A DNA stretch of 64,000 nt from Bythopirellula sp. (GTDB lineage Bacteria; Planctomycetota; Planctomycetia; Pirellulales; Lacipirellulaceae): positions 2,240,001-2,304,000 of the forward strand of contig OZ244170.1 in NCBI GenBank assembly GCA_965216565.1. Direction: 5' to 3'. Shown in pieces: positions 62,638 to 64,000 of the stretch; the stretch's first letter is position 1, and every line of letters starts with the position of its first letter. The notes under the pieces were generated by a model. It did no database searches, was not told where the DNA came from, and saw nothing but the letters and a program-made list of their open reading frames with translations. The position numbers and the translations under genes were made by a program.

Positions 62638-64000
62638 ATGGCAAGTTTGAAGGTGCTCGAAGGGCTCGAGCCTGGTAAACAATTTCCACTTGATGGGTCT
62701 GAATGGGTGATCGGCCGCAGCCCCGACTGCGACGTGATTCTGGAGGTGGCCGCCGTCAGCCGTAAGCACCTCGTCCTGCGCAAGCAAAACGGTCAATTCG
62801 TGGTCGAGGACCTGGGCAGCCGCAATGGCACCTATATCAATGGGACGCGCGTCAACGAAAACGCAGTTCTCCGGCATCGCGACCAAATGCTGATTTGCGA
62901 TATCCTCTTTCAGTTTGAAGGCGACGAACCTGCCAGCGACTTGTCGGGTGCCGGGCCAAGTGGCGGCTCGTCACTCATTGCCTCCGATCCTGGCGAATCT
63001 GGAATCAACCTGGACGGTGTCGCCAATGTCGCGGATTCCGAGCCAGGTAGCATCATGGCCACGCTCGATGTCGGCACGAGTCCGCTCAGTTCTTGGTCAA
63101 CGACTGCCAAGCCCGAAGCCCAACTCGAAGCCATGGTCGAAATCTCAAACAGCCTGGCCAATACCCTCTCGATGAAAGAAATCTTACCTAAGATTCTGGA
63201 GAGCTTATTTAAGATCTTTGTCCAAGCAGATCGCGGCTTCGTCATGATGCGGCCCAAGCCAGAAGCCGATATCGTCCCGGTAGCCGTCAAAGCACGCCGC
63301 GATGAAGACAAACAATCGATGCGGGTCAGCCGCACAATTGTTACACAGGCCTTGGAAGACCAGCAGGCCATTCTCTCAGCCGATGCGTCGACCGACGAAC
63401 GATTTAGCCAGGCCCAGAGCATTGCCGACTTTGAGATCCGTTCCCTGATCTGTGCTCCTATGATCTCCAACGATGGCGAGTCGCTGGGTGTCATTCAAAT
63501 TGACACGAACAATCAGCGCAGTCGATTTACCGATCAAGATTTACAGATTCTGGCAGGCGTGGCGAGCCAGGCTTCCATCGCCCTCGATAACGCTCGCATG
63601 TTAGAAGCGGCAGTGCAGCAGCGCGCCCTGCAGCGTGACCTAGAAGTCGCCCATCAGATGCAACATGCCCTGTTGCCGAACAGTTCGCCCCAGGTGCCGG
63701 GATACCACTTTTTTGAATTCTACGAAGCGGCCAGCCAGGTTGGCGGCGATTACTACGACTATGTGATGTTGCCCGACGATCGCTTTGCCGCGGTGGTGGG
63801 CGATGTGGCAGGCAAAGGCGTTTCGGCAGCGATCTTGATGGCAAAGCTCTCCAGCGACGTGCGATTCTGGCTAGCGCGCGAGCCCGACGCCGCAAAAGCT
63901 CTGGGACATATCAATAACGCATTCTCGCAACACGGCTGGGACGATCGCTTCGTTACGATGGTGGTGGCAGTCGTCGACCCGAACAAGAACGAGCTGACGC
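62638..64000 (+). CDS. FHA-GAF-SpoIIE (PP2C) phosphatase, truncated by window end
   Basis: IGRSPDC...VSRKH...DLGSRNGT (FHA), SLICAPM (GAF), VGGDYYD and GDVAGKG (SpoIIE); absent from the ORF track because no stop falls in the window. Confidence 0.93.
   Translation, partial: MASLKVLEGLEPGKQFPLDGSEWVIGRSPDCDVILEVAAVSRKHLVLRKQNGQFVVEDLGSRNGTYINGTRVNENAVLRHRDQMLICDILFQFEGDEPASDLSGAGPSGGSSLIASDPGESGINLDGVANVADSEPGSIMATLDVGTSPLSSWSTTAKPEAQLEAMVEISNSLANTLSMKEILPKILESLFKIFVQADRGFVMMRPKPEADIVPVAVKARRDEDKQSMRVSRTIVTQALEDQQAILSADASTDERFSQAQSIADFEIRSLICAPMISNDGESLGVIQIDTNNQRSRFTDQDLQILAGVASQASIALDNARMLEAAVQQRALQRDLEVAHQMQHALLPNSSPQVPGYHFFEFYEAASQVGGDYYDYVMLPDDRFAAVVGDVAGKGVSAAILMAKLSSDVRFWLAREPDAAKALGHINNAFSQHGWDDRFVTMVVAVVDPNKNELT

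Noticed and set aside
62910..63494. 194-aa minus-strand ORF
   Set aside because: Antisense to the FHA-GAF-SpoIIE gene that runs off the window on the plus strand

Overview
A gene-dense bacterial chromosomal window. DUF1559 proteins, an RFSLRxLL N-terminal motif, a dockerin/PEP-CTERM protein and a Ser/Thr kinase-TPR protein point to a planctomycete (Pirellulales-like, inferred). Most of it is housekeeping: glnS, recA, thiC, dapB, lspA, queCD, accBC, a PPi-type pfk, ppa, hisB, ilvD, waaF and tRNA-Gln. Two things stand out. (1) Several small nuclease/repeat modules sit between the core genes. A roughly 38-bp inverted-repeat family (AACGCAGAG-N-GAGGGCCGCAGAG) brackets both a GxxExxY nuclease gene behind recA and an unrelated orphan MafI-like immunity gene, with two repeat ends abutting host stop codons. 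There is also a tandemly duplicated GIY-YIG remnant, a RAYT with direct repeats, a disrupted four-helix-bundle gene and several REPIN-like elements. (2) A three-gene putative ion-driven motor: a MotA/ExbB-like subunit with a long ZorA-like helical tail, plus two different ExbD/MotB-like partners, only one of which keeps the transmembrane Asp. No CRISPR array, rRNA, prophage or classical IS was found. Family assignments are from motif recognition by eye, without database searches; start codons are best estimates.
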